Positions 26,234 through 37,766 of a stretch of 64,000 nucleotides of DNA are shown piece after piece. The first letter of the stretch is position 1; every line of letters starts with the position of its first letter. Source of the DNA: Antedon mediterranea (Eukaryota > Animalia > Echinodermata); contig NC_092674.1 of assembly GCF_964355755.1 (NCBI RefSeq), positions 17,794,001-17,858,000 on the forward strand, in the 5' to 3' direction. A program made the position numbers and the translations under genes. The notes under the pieces are model-generated. The model had not been told where the DNA came from. It did not search any database and saw only the letters and a program-made list of their open reading frames with translations.

Positions 26234-27292
26234 TTTTCATCTTGGCTCTAGTACTAGACCGTATTCCATTATTTTTTTGCTGATGATCTTTAAACTGTTT
26301 TACTAAATCTAGACGATGAGATCGAGAATTTCAAACTGTGTCCCAGCGTGGAGGATGTGGAAGCGAAATCGAGCACCTTCAGTAATGTCAGTCTCGTTTT
26401 TGTTGACAAGATGTCTGACCATATAAATTTTATTTTAAAATTGCTTTATATATGTTACCAATTCTTGATCACATCGTGTTTATTACATGTTATTTATTTG
26501 TCAATGTGCTTCATTCAGCATTCCTTTAATGAAATATATACTACATTAAATAATAATAAACAAGAAATATTTCTTACAAAAAACGCTGATCGACATTTTA
26601 AAATTAATCATTGTTCTTTCTTCAGATATATTTATGATTAATTATTAAAAAGATATCCTTTAATCACAAAAATACATACAAATCAAAGATAGTTCCCTCT
26701 AGAGACAACGTGACTTCACAAAAATTCTTCCCAGTCTGTTGATTCGCGTCAACCAATCAAAGGGCGAGAATCCAAAATTGTTCAACTTTTTGGGTCCAGC
26801 AGCTGGGATCTATAAATTATAGTCAAGTTTGCAAAGTCGCAAAACTGTCGGCCTTAGGTACTATAACTGCTGCTTGCTTTGAGTAGTGAGTAGTCCTCAT
26901 AGGACGTAGCTGGTTAGAGCAGCAGCGTGAAAAAAAAAATAACAACTTAGTAAAATAGTTAGAATATTACAGATCATTGAAAAACTACAGTTTTTTTTAA
27001 TCATTTTCGAGATTTAAAAGATAGGTTTTGTTGAGGCTCCAAAAAAAAAGTCCTTTGATATCTAGTAGTAACAAAATTCAAAGCTTTCAACTCATTATTG
27101 TAAAATTTATAACCTTAAATAATGCTTCCAATTTTAACTGCAAAAAAAAATTGTTTTTTTCACTCACCGAAACATACTTTTGAATATATATAATTGGATT
27201 TAAATCATATAATAATTAATTTTTTCATTGGGATATCAATTTTTAATTTATTTTGTTTACAGTTTATACAGTAATCAAATTTATCTCTGTAG

Positions 27293-27410
27293 GAATGTCT
27301 AGAAATGGTACTTCCTTGTTTGAAGCATGCAGTTGATCAATTGAATGGTGATAGAGACCAGATAGTAGCATCTCATACATCCTTATTTTCTTCAAACAGC
27401 AGGCAGGTTG
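27293..27410 (+). CDS. GPHN: Gephyrin exon (last G-domain helix and start of linker)
   Basis: ctgtag|GAATGT; ECLEMVLPCLKHAVDQLNGDRDQIVASHTSLFSSNSRQV (cf. ECFQFILPALPHAIDLL). Phase-0 start fits the previous exon; donor G|gtaatt at 27410 gives phase 1 (alternative donor at 27406). Confidence 0.9.
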
Positions 27411-27710
27411 GTAATTTTCTCTGTATAAGAATTTAATATCATTACCATCAAGCATGTTCTGTGTTTGGCATTTTTTTGGTTGATAATTTACTGTAGTTCT
27501 TCAGGTAGAAAAATTAATCAACTCCCTTGTACATGACATTTTCACGCTATTACAAACATATTTAACACACCAACAAGAAGTGTGTTGTACAACACTAAAG
27601 AGACTCTGTAATGAGATTTTAATTGAGAATAAGTCCACTTGGTTGAATCATAAACATTTTTTCTGTTGGCGTGATGGTGTTCCTAGGTTATTGTTTTGAC
27701 ATCACATTAA

Positions 27711-30204
27711 AGATGTATTGTCCCCCAAAAAATGAAAAATAAAGATGAAAAAAATCAAATTTTGAATAGACCGTTTTGTAGTTAACATAAAGTTATTCAC
27801 TTCCACCGAAAAAAAATCCGAAAAAAATATGGATTTCGCTTATAAAAAAATCAAAATAAGTTTACCATTTTTTCGAACTCATCGGCTCAGAAATTAGGCC
27901 GGTAGAGCTAACTCATACATATGCATGATATGTTAATGAGCATCCACACAGCAGAGATCTGATCTAACAATGGACGATGCACGTTGTATGTACACAACAA
28001 CACCACCAGAGATCGACGCGACTCGACTGTGGGTTTCCCTGGCCTGATCGTATAAATATGTAAAGCTGAGCTGTTAATTTGTCGGTAAGTAGGCCTAGAC
28101 GGTTATTTTAAATATAATAATATATATAACGCAATAATAACAGGAAGGTAAATTAATTAACTTAGCCTGGGATTTTTTCAGTTCAGGGCTAGGCTAGAAT
28201 AATTGATACATGCTGCTGCATATTACTAGGCTAGTAGCAAGCAGACTGTGACAATCGGGTCCCTGCAGAAGATGCCCAGCTAGGCCCTATACATTGTACT
28301 CTTCATAGACTGGCCTAGGCTATATGCCATCAATCTTAGCTACATTCCGAAAATACAGCCAGCTTGCTGTACCATATATATTTACAGTTGAAGCTTGTTT
28401 AACTAATTTTTATGATAAAAATAAAACAAACATTTTTCAGGGAAAATGGTTGCAATACAAGCCTGAAATTGAGAACCTTCCAGCAGCACTGTACAAGTAG
28501 TCAGAGGGGAAAAGCCAGCTTAGCCATTTTACAACACAAACAAATGTTCTCTGTACTGTAGTAAGTCAAATATTTATTTTCAATTTTTATAAGTTATAAC
28601 ATTATAAGTAATGTGTTTTAATTACCTTAGAAAGGTAGTATACTTATTTGACTATTTCAAAGTAAGCAATTTCACTAGCCTAATTTTGCACTAAATATGC
28701 ATGATCTATTTTTTCCAGATTTTCATACTTTGCTTTTACTTTTTTAAAGACGTTGAGCTGATGAAGACTGGAACAGAGGTTACCCAAAGACAACAATGAT
28801 AGACTCGGTATTGGAATATGATTGGATATTGCAGGAAAAATATTTCTGACTCTCCTGCTGCATTCGGCCAATATGTTCTTGTCCAGCTTGTAAAATATTG
28901 TATAATTTTTTTTGTATTATATGTACAGTATATTATTTTGTAAACATAACATTCAATAAATAAAAAAAAACTACTACAACAGTACACAGGATAAATTCTT
29001 CAAATTTACTTACACTTCATAATTTTACTGTAAATATTACAGTGCAAAAGGAGTTAATAAAATATATATATACAGTATATCTTATTGAATTCCTGTATTG
29101 TTTTTTGTGTCAATTTGTCTACTAATTATCAATGTGTTGATTGTGGCAGTAATTACGACAGCTATAGTCTTCTAAGATCGCTCACATCCATTACAAAGTG
29201 TCATTTTAATAGTAAGAAACGTTTCAATAAATTGTGAATGTTGCCACTGTACGATACATTTTATGTTTCTCACTACTTGCTCTTATTGTTCAATCAATCA
29301 ACCTAAAAAAAAAAAGAAATTTGTGTCAAAATATCTGCATAAAATGTTTATTTGCGGAATGTTAATTTGAACCTATTGCATTTGATACAGAAAATATTTT
29401 TAAAATATTGCATCAGTAAAACATCCAAAACAATATTTAGATTTTCTTTTTTTTTTAATTTTCACTGCCGAATAGATAGTTGAAATCTTTAAAAATTAAA
29501 CCAATTCATCATGATAGAAACAAAAATACATCCCTTCTGGTGGTGGCCTACTGTAGCCCTAGCTAGCAGTGTACTGCCTAGGCCTAGGCCTACTACACTC
29601 TACTTCTAGAGACAGAAGTAGGCAGCAGAAAGTTAGGCTACTCGAGACTGTCAGTGCTAGTAGTAGTAGTAGCTAGAGTAGTAGACTAGGCCTAGTAGTA
29701 CAGTAGCAGCAAATTCGGGCCTAGGCCTAGCTAGGCCTCTCCTGTTAGCGAAACAAAAACTCACCTAAATGAATAAGATTCAACATCAAAGTTACCAACT
29801 GTAATTCTAACTTAGCATTCTGCTAGCTATAGTTTCTGTGTTTTCTTCAAGATTCGTCTCGCATCACTACTCGACTCTCTCGCACGCATGCATTGCTATC
29901 GTTGTTGGCTGTTGATTTGGAATTTGGAAAGCATCATCATCCACACGATGTATCCATCCATACAATATGAATATTTATGAGCTAACTCAGGTCAAGGGTT
30001 AAATTAAACCGGAACACATTTGTCTTCCAGACAAATAGCTTCCGGTTGGTTAATTTTTGCATTAAATTGCGATTTTCCCATGTAAAAAAATTATTTTTTT
30101 CAATCCAAATTGAGGTCAAAGTGAATAACTTTTATGTGCAATTAAAATGGCCTATTCAACAAAAATATTGAAAAAAAAAAATTTTTCAGGGGGACAATAC
30201 ATCT
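27711..30204. mobile_element. Kolobok-type non-autonomous DNA transposon
   Basis: TTAA|AGATGTATTGTCCCCC ... GGGGGACAATACATCT|TTAA (TTAA TSD, AG..CT ends). Confidence 0.8.
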
Positions 30205-30593
30205 TTAAATAAAAGTATATGCTGTGAAAAATCTAGTTAGATAGTTATGCTTTTTTGCATATTGTAACCAATTAACATTAAACGCTAAAAGAAAACAAAT
30301 TAGCATAGTTTTATCCTGATTTAAAATTTTGTTTTGTTTTCAAATTTCAAAAGAAGATTTAAAAATCAATAACTCAACAAACTAAATATTAAACGAAGTA
30401 TCATCCTTTAATCCTTAATAAACACATATTAATCGATAATGCATATGAGTATATACATGAGGAAAATACAACTTTGGATTATGAACCTACAGTATAACAC
30501 TACACAGATAAAATTGAATAAATTCATCTCCTTCCCAAAAATATTTTTAGAATCAAATTTTCGTTTCTAGTGAAGGACAAATTAACGTTGAAC

Positions 30594-31170
30594 TTACCAA
30601 CGTTTCGTGCATTAGCATCGCACTTTTTCAAGGTAGTGGTGTCAGCTTGATTTGCCGACACTGATCATGGCATAGTCACGTGATGTTGTTGTGATATGCG
30701 CCCTCTCTGAGTTTTTACTTGAATACATCTGGGTGAATCCCAGAGGGGTCCGCCCCGACCGGCCGTCTCACTTCTAACAGGTCATCATATATGTGTGGCA
30801 GCCACTTTCCTCCTTGGTTTCTGTTCATGTTGTTATCAGTTTTTCTAATTAAAATTGCTTCTTGCCATCCTCTCTTGTTTATGTTTCCATCTTTCTTTAA
30901 CACTTTTGCCTCCCAATTAGGTGTATGGTTTTCCTTTATAGCATGGTCTGTAATTGCAGATTTATGTGTAATGTTTGATTGTGACATTCTGCTTGACCTT
31001 GTCATAACTCCTTTCATGTGATCTTCTACATCTTTTTTATGTTCTTTTATTCTGTTTCCCAGTTTTCTCCCGGTTTCTACCATGTATATTAGGTTAAAAT
31101 TCATACAGGGTACACCATACACTACTGTCCTCCGGCTTAATTTTATCTTTTGGGTGTACTAGATGTGAAC
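30594..31170 (-). mobile_element. Penelope/Poseidon-type PLE 3' fragment (GIY-YIG) with variant hammerhead
   Basis: YGVPC..IYMVETGRKLGNRIKEHKKDV..SAITDHA..NHTPNW; TACC-TTGAAAA-AGTGC..GCAC-GAAACGTT-GGTA at 30594-30636. Confidence 0.8.
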
Positions 31171-31699
31171 ACTGCACAGTATTACGATTTCTTGTATAAC
31201 TGCAAAGTTTTTTGGGGTTTGACCTCGGTCCCTGGAATATGCCAAAAATGAAAGACATGTTCAACACCGTATAAACACAGCCCAAAGTGAAACCCGAGCA
31301 TTCAAATGTATAATGTATAATAGTAATGGAACAACCTTAATCTGTAGCTAATATTTATATCATTTATATAATAAAAATAGAATTTGTTTTGATCTTACTA
31401 AAATCTTTTTGGACAAAAAAAATTGACCCACTAGATCAAAAGTTATGATACAAAAACTGCCAAATTTTGTGGTTTTCCAGCATATCCGAGCTTCCGCTAA
31501 GAGTGCCTCAAAACTTTTCAATATGTTGTTAGTTAATCCAATTTTAGTTAAGATCTATGTTTGTACTCGGTATCATGGGCACAAAAGAATAACAGTTGGT
31601 TTCAACCAAGTTGTTAACCCAGGATAAACAAGCTAAATTTAAAACAATACAATTTACACTTCATTTAGAATTGTTATACTCTATTTTTTAGAATAAATT

Positions 31700-32130
31700 T
31701 TTTTAATTCAAGTGTTTTAGCACGAGTGGAATATTGCATCGTTAATACTCTTGTTTATAAATAGGTTCTGTTTTTGGCATTTTTTTGGTTAGTGATTTAC
31801 TGTAATTCTTCAGGTATAAAAATTAATCTAACCCTCTTGTACATAAAATTGTTCCTGCCGAATTTGGGAGGTGGGATTACACTGTACCCACCTTGTGCAA
31901 GAACCTAATGAAGATTTTCCTGAACAATTTCTCTACAATCTAGCAGCCTATTCAAAGCTCTGTCTACACTATCAAATGTTATGTGTCAAAAAAATGTGAT
32001 GTGGCCAAATATGGACATCATGATGTCATATCACTACCATACCGTATTTGACCATATAACTACCATATATGAACACATCATTTGTCCCATAAAAAAAGGC
32101 TTAAAGCTTTACCAGATCATTCAAATTGAA
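31700..32130 (+). repeat. ~430-bp dispersed repeat (copy at 45005-45450; partial at 27455-27545)
   Basis: Direct sequence identity, e.g. AATACTCTTGTTTATAAATAGGTTCTG...GGGATTACACTGTACCCACC. Confidence 0.8.
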
Positions 32131-32199
32131 TGGAACAACCTTAACCATAATTTTTTTATTTCAAAAGTGTTTAGCACGAGTCGGATATTGCATCATTAA

Positions 32200-32519
32200 A
32201 GATGTATTGTCCCCCTGAAAAAATAATTATTTAAATTTTTTTTGTTGAATATGCCATTTTAATTTCACATAATAATTATCCACTTTTACCAAAAATTAGA
32301 TCGAAGAAAAAAAAAAAATTTACCTGAAAAACTGGAATTTTATAGCAAGAAATGGTCAAATTGGCTGCCAGCCAATGGATTTTTGGTTGAATTTTACCAT
32401 TTATTATGTCATTTTATAAGTGACAACATTATTTTTTTCAGTTTTTTTTTTCAGTAAATAACATTCAAAGTCTAATTTAATTAATCTTCATTTTCATGTT
32501 TTTGGGGGACAATAAATCT
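32200..32519. mobile_element. Kolobok-type MITE (same TIR family as 27711-30204)
   Basis: TTAA TSD and matching TIR; empty-site versions of the flank are seen at ~31740 and ~45045. Confidence 0.85.
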
Positions 32520-32995
32520 TTAATGCTCTTGTTTATAAATAGCTATATTTGCAATTCCTGCCCTATGTACAAAAGCTTGTACAAAATTGCCTTCTGTTTG
32601 TAATATATAAACTTAATCATTGGTTTATATCTTAAAGCATTCTTATTCAACTGATGGTGACATGGATAAACTGAAATTTCAACAACTACGTAAGTATAAA
32701 ATACTTTTGGGATACTATAAAGACGTTTGATAGTTCCCTGTTCTGTAACTAGTTCGAGACTGTAACCATGTATGCCATTCTCTCCATATTTTTTTCCAAG
32801 TTACATATTTTAAAAGGTGTATATTTAAACTTTCCAACAAACTTCACTTGCTTTTCAATCAAAACTAGAAAGCCACTCCGAGAGTGCATACCTCCGCCTA
32901 CTGTAAAATTCTCCTACATAAGATTTCTCCGGGAAAAAATATATATGTATATAAATAAAATAACAGCAGAAAACTTGGTTACTTCATTGTTTTAA

Positions 32996-33052
32996 TCACT
33001 ACAAATTTGTTTCGTACGACCAGCATGTAGCTGGCCGCACTCTTCAGGTGAA
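32996..33052 (-). ncRNA. Canonical type I hammerhead ribozyme
   Basis: TCAC-CTGAAGA-GTGCGGCCAGC tacat GCTGGTCGTAC-GAA-ACAAATTTGT-A^GTGA; all three stems pair. Confidence 0.85.
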
Positions 33053-34712
33053 ATATAAAGCATAAGTGACACAGTTGTCTCATAGTGCTTAATGGAAGTG
33101 AGTCATCAGGAAGTCGTATACAATAGCCTATTGTTTTAGATAAACTATTTGGATCTGCAATTTAGTAAGAATTTTTTTCTATGTCTACAAGTAGAGACTA
33201 ACTCGTTCTAATATGGTTCAGTGAGCATAGCTCTGGTTGACATATAATAATATACTTTTCATATATACATAAATTACATCTTTTGTTAATATTTGAGTAA
33301 GGTTTGCATTTCTTTATAATTTTCCATTTAATTGAGTAATTTGTTTTAGAGTCTTTAAGTGTCCATATATATTTACTGAGTTCCGTTGCGTTTCTTAGTT
33401 TTTCGTTCCGGAATGAAGACGTACAGTATGGTTTCTGTATCTGGTTTTAAACTGGTTTTCAGTTAGTCCGACATATGTTTCTTCTTTTGATGAATCTTCA
33501 CTCTTTACTGGTAAACTACACCTTTTGTTAGGCAGTTACCTGGGAGCGGGCATTCATTGGGATTGCGGCAGTTACATCCGCTTGTTTTCGCGTTGGTTTC
33601 AGTAGACTTTTCTTTGGCTATCACATATTTGTTGTGTGCGTTAATTACTTTGTCTACGCTGGGCATGCAACTGTAGCTTAGTTTCAAGGTATTTCTGTTA
33701 AATATTTTTCTGAGCTTGTTGCCGGCAGGAAAACAATCTTCTACTATAGCTAAAAACTTGTGGCCGATGTTGGTTGCTACGTTTTTGCTGAATGGTGGGT
33801 TAAACCAAATTATGTTTCTGGTACGTGATTTTTTGGGCTTCTGCTGTTCAGCATTGAACTCAAGTTGATGATTGTATCCGCTTTCTTTGAGGGCTTCCTG
33901 GTATAGGGGTGCAGATGCATGAAATGTATCTTTGTCTGATGAGATGTCAGAAAGGTGGGAAGTGGGATGTTGCGGATAATAGACGGAGGATAGTTGCTGT
34001 CATGGTGCACGTAGGTTGGTTTGTTATTAGGCTTAGTTAAAGGTCGGAAGATCCCTGTCCTTAGGTCGAACGTTACATCCAAATAATTGACTATTTTCTT
34101 GTTAGCATCAATTGTTAGCTTGAGGTTGTTCTCCTGGAAAACCTTACAAATATCTTTCTTGATTAGCTCAATCGTTTTGGCTGATTCGCGAAACGCAGCT
34201 AGGCCGTCGTCGCGGTATAGACCAATTTGGTTGCCACATTTGTTAGACAGTTGCGACAAAAGATATGTACCTACGATTTCACAGGTTTCAGCACCGTCAA
34301 AGCTTCCCATTGTGACGTCAAACACAGGTTGGTTTTCAGTTCCTTTTTTGCACCATGTAGCGTTATCATGGAAAAGGAGTGACTGTTTCGCTTGGATAAT
34401 AATATTTGTTTCTTCATCGGAGATTGCTTCAAACTCGGAGGCGAATTCAAGGGCTTTTTTAAGTAGGTCAATGGTTGTTGACGGGTAGAAATCAACTATG
34501 TCGAAGCAAATAAACGAGTGCTTCTCCTTGTTTTGAATGTTCTTTATACCATTCGATAACAGAATTAGTGTTCTTCCATTGATTTAATCCTGTAGACGCT
34601 ATTATTTTCTTATTTATTCTTTCAAGGATTTGTTTACTTACGATGCCAATTTCTGATTTCGATGGGTTGATCAATCTACATGTCGGGTTGTTCTCGAAGT
34701 TGGGTTTTTGGT
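32996..34712 (-). mobile_element. Penelope-like element with YRDD RT and C-terminal GIY-YIG, 5'-truncated and frameshifted
   Basis: [64 protein letters not shown]. Confidence 0.9.
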
Positions 34713-34944
34713 ATATACAGTATATATATTTGTGTGTGTCTTAATGCTGTTCGTGATTTAGGCTAATTTCACTACAAGCATGTGTATGCGAGTTTGGTGT
34801 AATGGTTATGTAACAAGCCTTTCAATTAACAATAGCTTCAGTTGACTAACAATAGAACAGCAACGCGAAAATCAAACGAGTGAATTTGAAAAGAAATTGG
34901 TTTTTTAAACTACTCGCATCAAAAAAGGTACACATTAAATCAAA

Positions 34945-35543
34945 TGTAATATAGTGTTGTGTTGAGGTACTAATGAAGACTCTTACTCGCTTAACTGTCG
35001 TAACACATATTGTTTATTCAGTATAATACTTCAGTACAATATACAACTATAAGTATAGATAAGGAACGGAGGATCAGTGATGCTGTCGGTGAAGTGTGTA
35101 GGTCTGCTTCTGAAGAAGTGGCTGTAAGGTGTGTGCTCCGTGAGGTGGCTGTAAGGTGTGTCTGGGCCCTTCTGAAACTTGGGGGTATATTGGCTTCGGT
35201 TCATTTGCATATGTCACTACGTAATCTGTGAGGGTAACGATTGGCCCTAAGTTGATCCAGGGGTGTTTAAGTGGGAGTGATTGATCTTATCTGGGGAGGT
35301 TACAATGATGAATTGGCCCTGTCGAATCTCTGCTAAAAACTGTCAATATCTAATTGTTTTACGATGGGAACAGTCACAAAGTTAAGCTAAGTGTTTTCTT
35401 TAGGGATTCTATTATAAACTAAATGGTCATTAAAACATCTGGACAAACTCTCCTCTGGACTTTCTGGGTCAAGTTTGTGAACTTATTTGAATTCTGATAC
35501 AAAGGTCGATTTCTTAATTATAAAAGTATATCGTTATATTACA
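34945..35543 (-). repeat. 3' LTR
   Basis: Preceded on the - strand by polypurine tract AAAAAAGGGAAACAGAGGGA (35544-35563). Confidence 0.95.
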
Positions 35544-35943
35544 TCCCTCTGTTTCCCTTTTTTTGTTTTTCTAATCTATTTAAAATATAAAAATGGTTAT
35601 AATAGTGGCATGCAAAATTTAAAGTTATATAAAAGAAAAAAAACATTATTATAACATATATGCAAAATTGAGTTAGCCAAAACCATTGACTCTGAAGTGT
35701 AACCTTATCACTTTCACTCTCTCTCTCTTGATATAAATTTGAAAAAAAATGTATAAAAAACAAAAGTGTTCTTCAAGATCGACATAATTGTGGGTCCGTT
35801 GCTTTGGAGGCATGCTACACTCGGATTACCGAAATATAGACATCACAACGGTTGGGTTTCCCTAAAGAACATCAGTCCAGAAGTCGTCTCTCGTTAATTA
35901 TTTGAAATTGAAAAAAAAAAAATTTATAAAGGATAAATTGAAA

Positions 35944-36823
35944 TCAATCGGTGGGTTTATATAATCGATAAAAACGGGATGCACTCCACGGTATGTCCAA
36001 CATGTAGGTAGTGGTGTAAGGGATCTCATTGAAATATACCATACCGCAATTCAAGCATTGGTATCCCTTGTTGAAGGATATTTGTTGGCAATTTTGGTGA
36101 ATAAGTGTGCCGCAGCATTTGTTGATTGTACAATCAGTATGAAAGTTTTTAATTTCGGGGTTACATTGACAAATTTGGCAGGGGGTATCTTTGTATTTAT
36201 TTTCCAGGTACTGCATGTTACGGATGTGCGAATATAGTTTTTTCTTATATTTAGTTACAACATATCCAAATGGTGAGTGTTCGCTAGGTTTTAATTCGTC
36301 TTGGGGTATGATGCCTGTTTGTTGTCGGACTCTTGAAAAAAATGTTGTGCATTGTGGGGTTTTGATGTCTTTTGTAACTGCTAAGAGCAGGAGGGTCATA
36401 GAATAAATATGTTGTCTGTGAAATTCATGTGTGTTTGGTATACAAGTGGCGATGCCGTCTAAATTAATGGAAAGGTCGATTGTGGAAAAGTCAAGTAGGG
36501 CTGGTTCAGTCTTATGCTTCCAAATGTAGTCTATAATGGGGGAGGACATTTTGTTGAAACAACATAAATAACTGCCAATGTGTAAAAGGGTATTTAATTT
36601 GAGGTTAGTCAGTTGGTCTGCTGGACGAATGTCGCAAAGGAATAATAAAACTCTTTTCAAGGAACCTAAAGTAAATGGCATCATTTTGGTAATATAGAAT
36701 TACGTTTTGTTCGCTTTGGTAAAGGATTATCTTCTTTATAAGGGCACATTCTGTGGACAGGGGCGTCATTGGAATTTTGTGTTTTAAGCATAACTGTGTA
36801 ACGTCAAGCTTTTCGGATTCCAT
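35944..36823 (-). CDS. Accessory ORF3 with C-terminal RING-like (C4HC3-type) finger; split over two overlapping frames
   Basis: AAAATGG start at 36823; CQIC-x16-CC-x4-H-x2-C-x10-CLNC near the C-terminus; lies between pol and the PPT. Confidence 0.65.
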
Positions 36824-36995
36824 TTTAGGGGGCAATTTGGAATTGACTAGAATTACGATAAATAAAAATTAAAATGTATTTAAAATAAACAATATCGAAC
36901 TAAATAAACGATATAAAACTCAAACAATAAAATTTCAAGTTCAACTATTATAACAATCTCACAAAAGTAAATTAACTTATAATTCGACAGTAAAT

Positions 36996-37115
36996 ACTGT
37001 ATATTTGATATGCTCGTGCGACTTATTTATAGTCTGCCCATCCGGTTGTTTTTATATATAGCTCGTAATTGGCTCTACTCCTCCCTCGAGCGTTAATTGA
37101 ACGTCAATTGGTCAA
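36996..37115 (-). promoter_or_regulatory. Putative internal Pol II promoter for ORF3
   Basis: CCAAT x2 and TGACGT, TATATATAAAAA and TATAAATA (37031-37024), CAGT initiator-like motif 32 nt after the TATA. Confidence 0.5.
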
Positions 37116-37766
37116 ATTTTAAAAAAATTCAAAACTTAAAGAATAATATGTACAATGAATATATATCAAATAGCGCGACAACTTATCGCGTTCTAATGGC
37201 CTTCAAACATAAATCAATCAAATCAAAACATGAAACTCAAGAAACTGTGGCTGATTAGCCTAAAATCAAAATATCAAACTTAATCACTTAAAACTTTGAA
37301 GAAACAAATGTGTGTCCCGTTGACACAAACTTATCCATAATATATCGTTATCGTCACAAATTTATGGATTTAAGCATTTATATTTACAGGTAATTACGAT
37401 TTCAATCAATTGACAAATTCGACTTTTGTACTCAATGTCAAAAAAAGTTACAATTTAAAGTACTAAGAAAATCTCCTGTTCTTGTATCAATTAATTAATG
37501 ATTGAGATTAACGACTCAAAGGTTAAACAAAATGTTTGTTACAAAATGATTGTCGTTCTTTTCAATATCTCAATATATCGATCATTCAAAATTCAAAATT
37601 AATCATTATCAAACTTGTTACAAATCAATACTTAAACATAAATTCAATTCTCTTTTAACTGAAATCACATCATTACTAAACAAATCTCATCAAAAATACG
37701 TAGACTATGCTATTATTAATTTAGCAAATGTCGTAATTTAAAAATAATCTTGCAAAAAAAATTAAA

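Noticed and set aside
25731-26240. ORFs of 73-127 aa (and the similar 11310-11564 ORF)
   Set aside because: Chance frames across a SINE; the peptide similarity reflects the repeat.
26865-26928. Hammerhead-like hairpin GTCCTCATAGGAC
   Set aside because: Both catalytic boxes (CTGANGA, GAAA) are missing; at best a dead relic.
35944-36823. env gene
   Set aside because: No signal peptide, basic cleavage site or C-terminal transmembrane helix.
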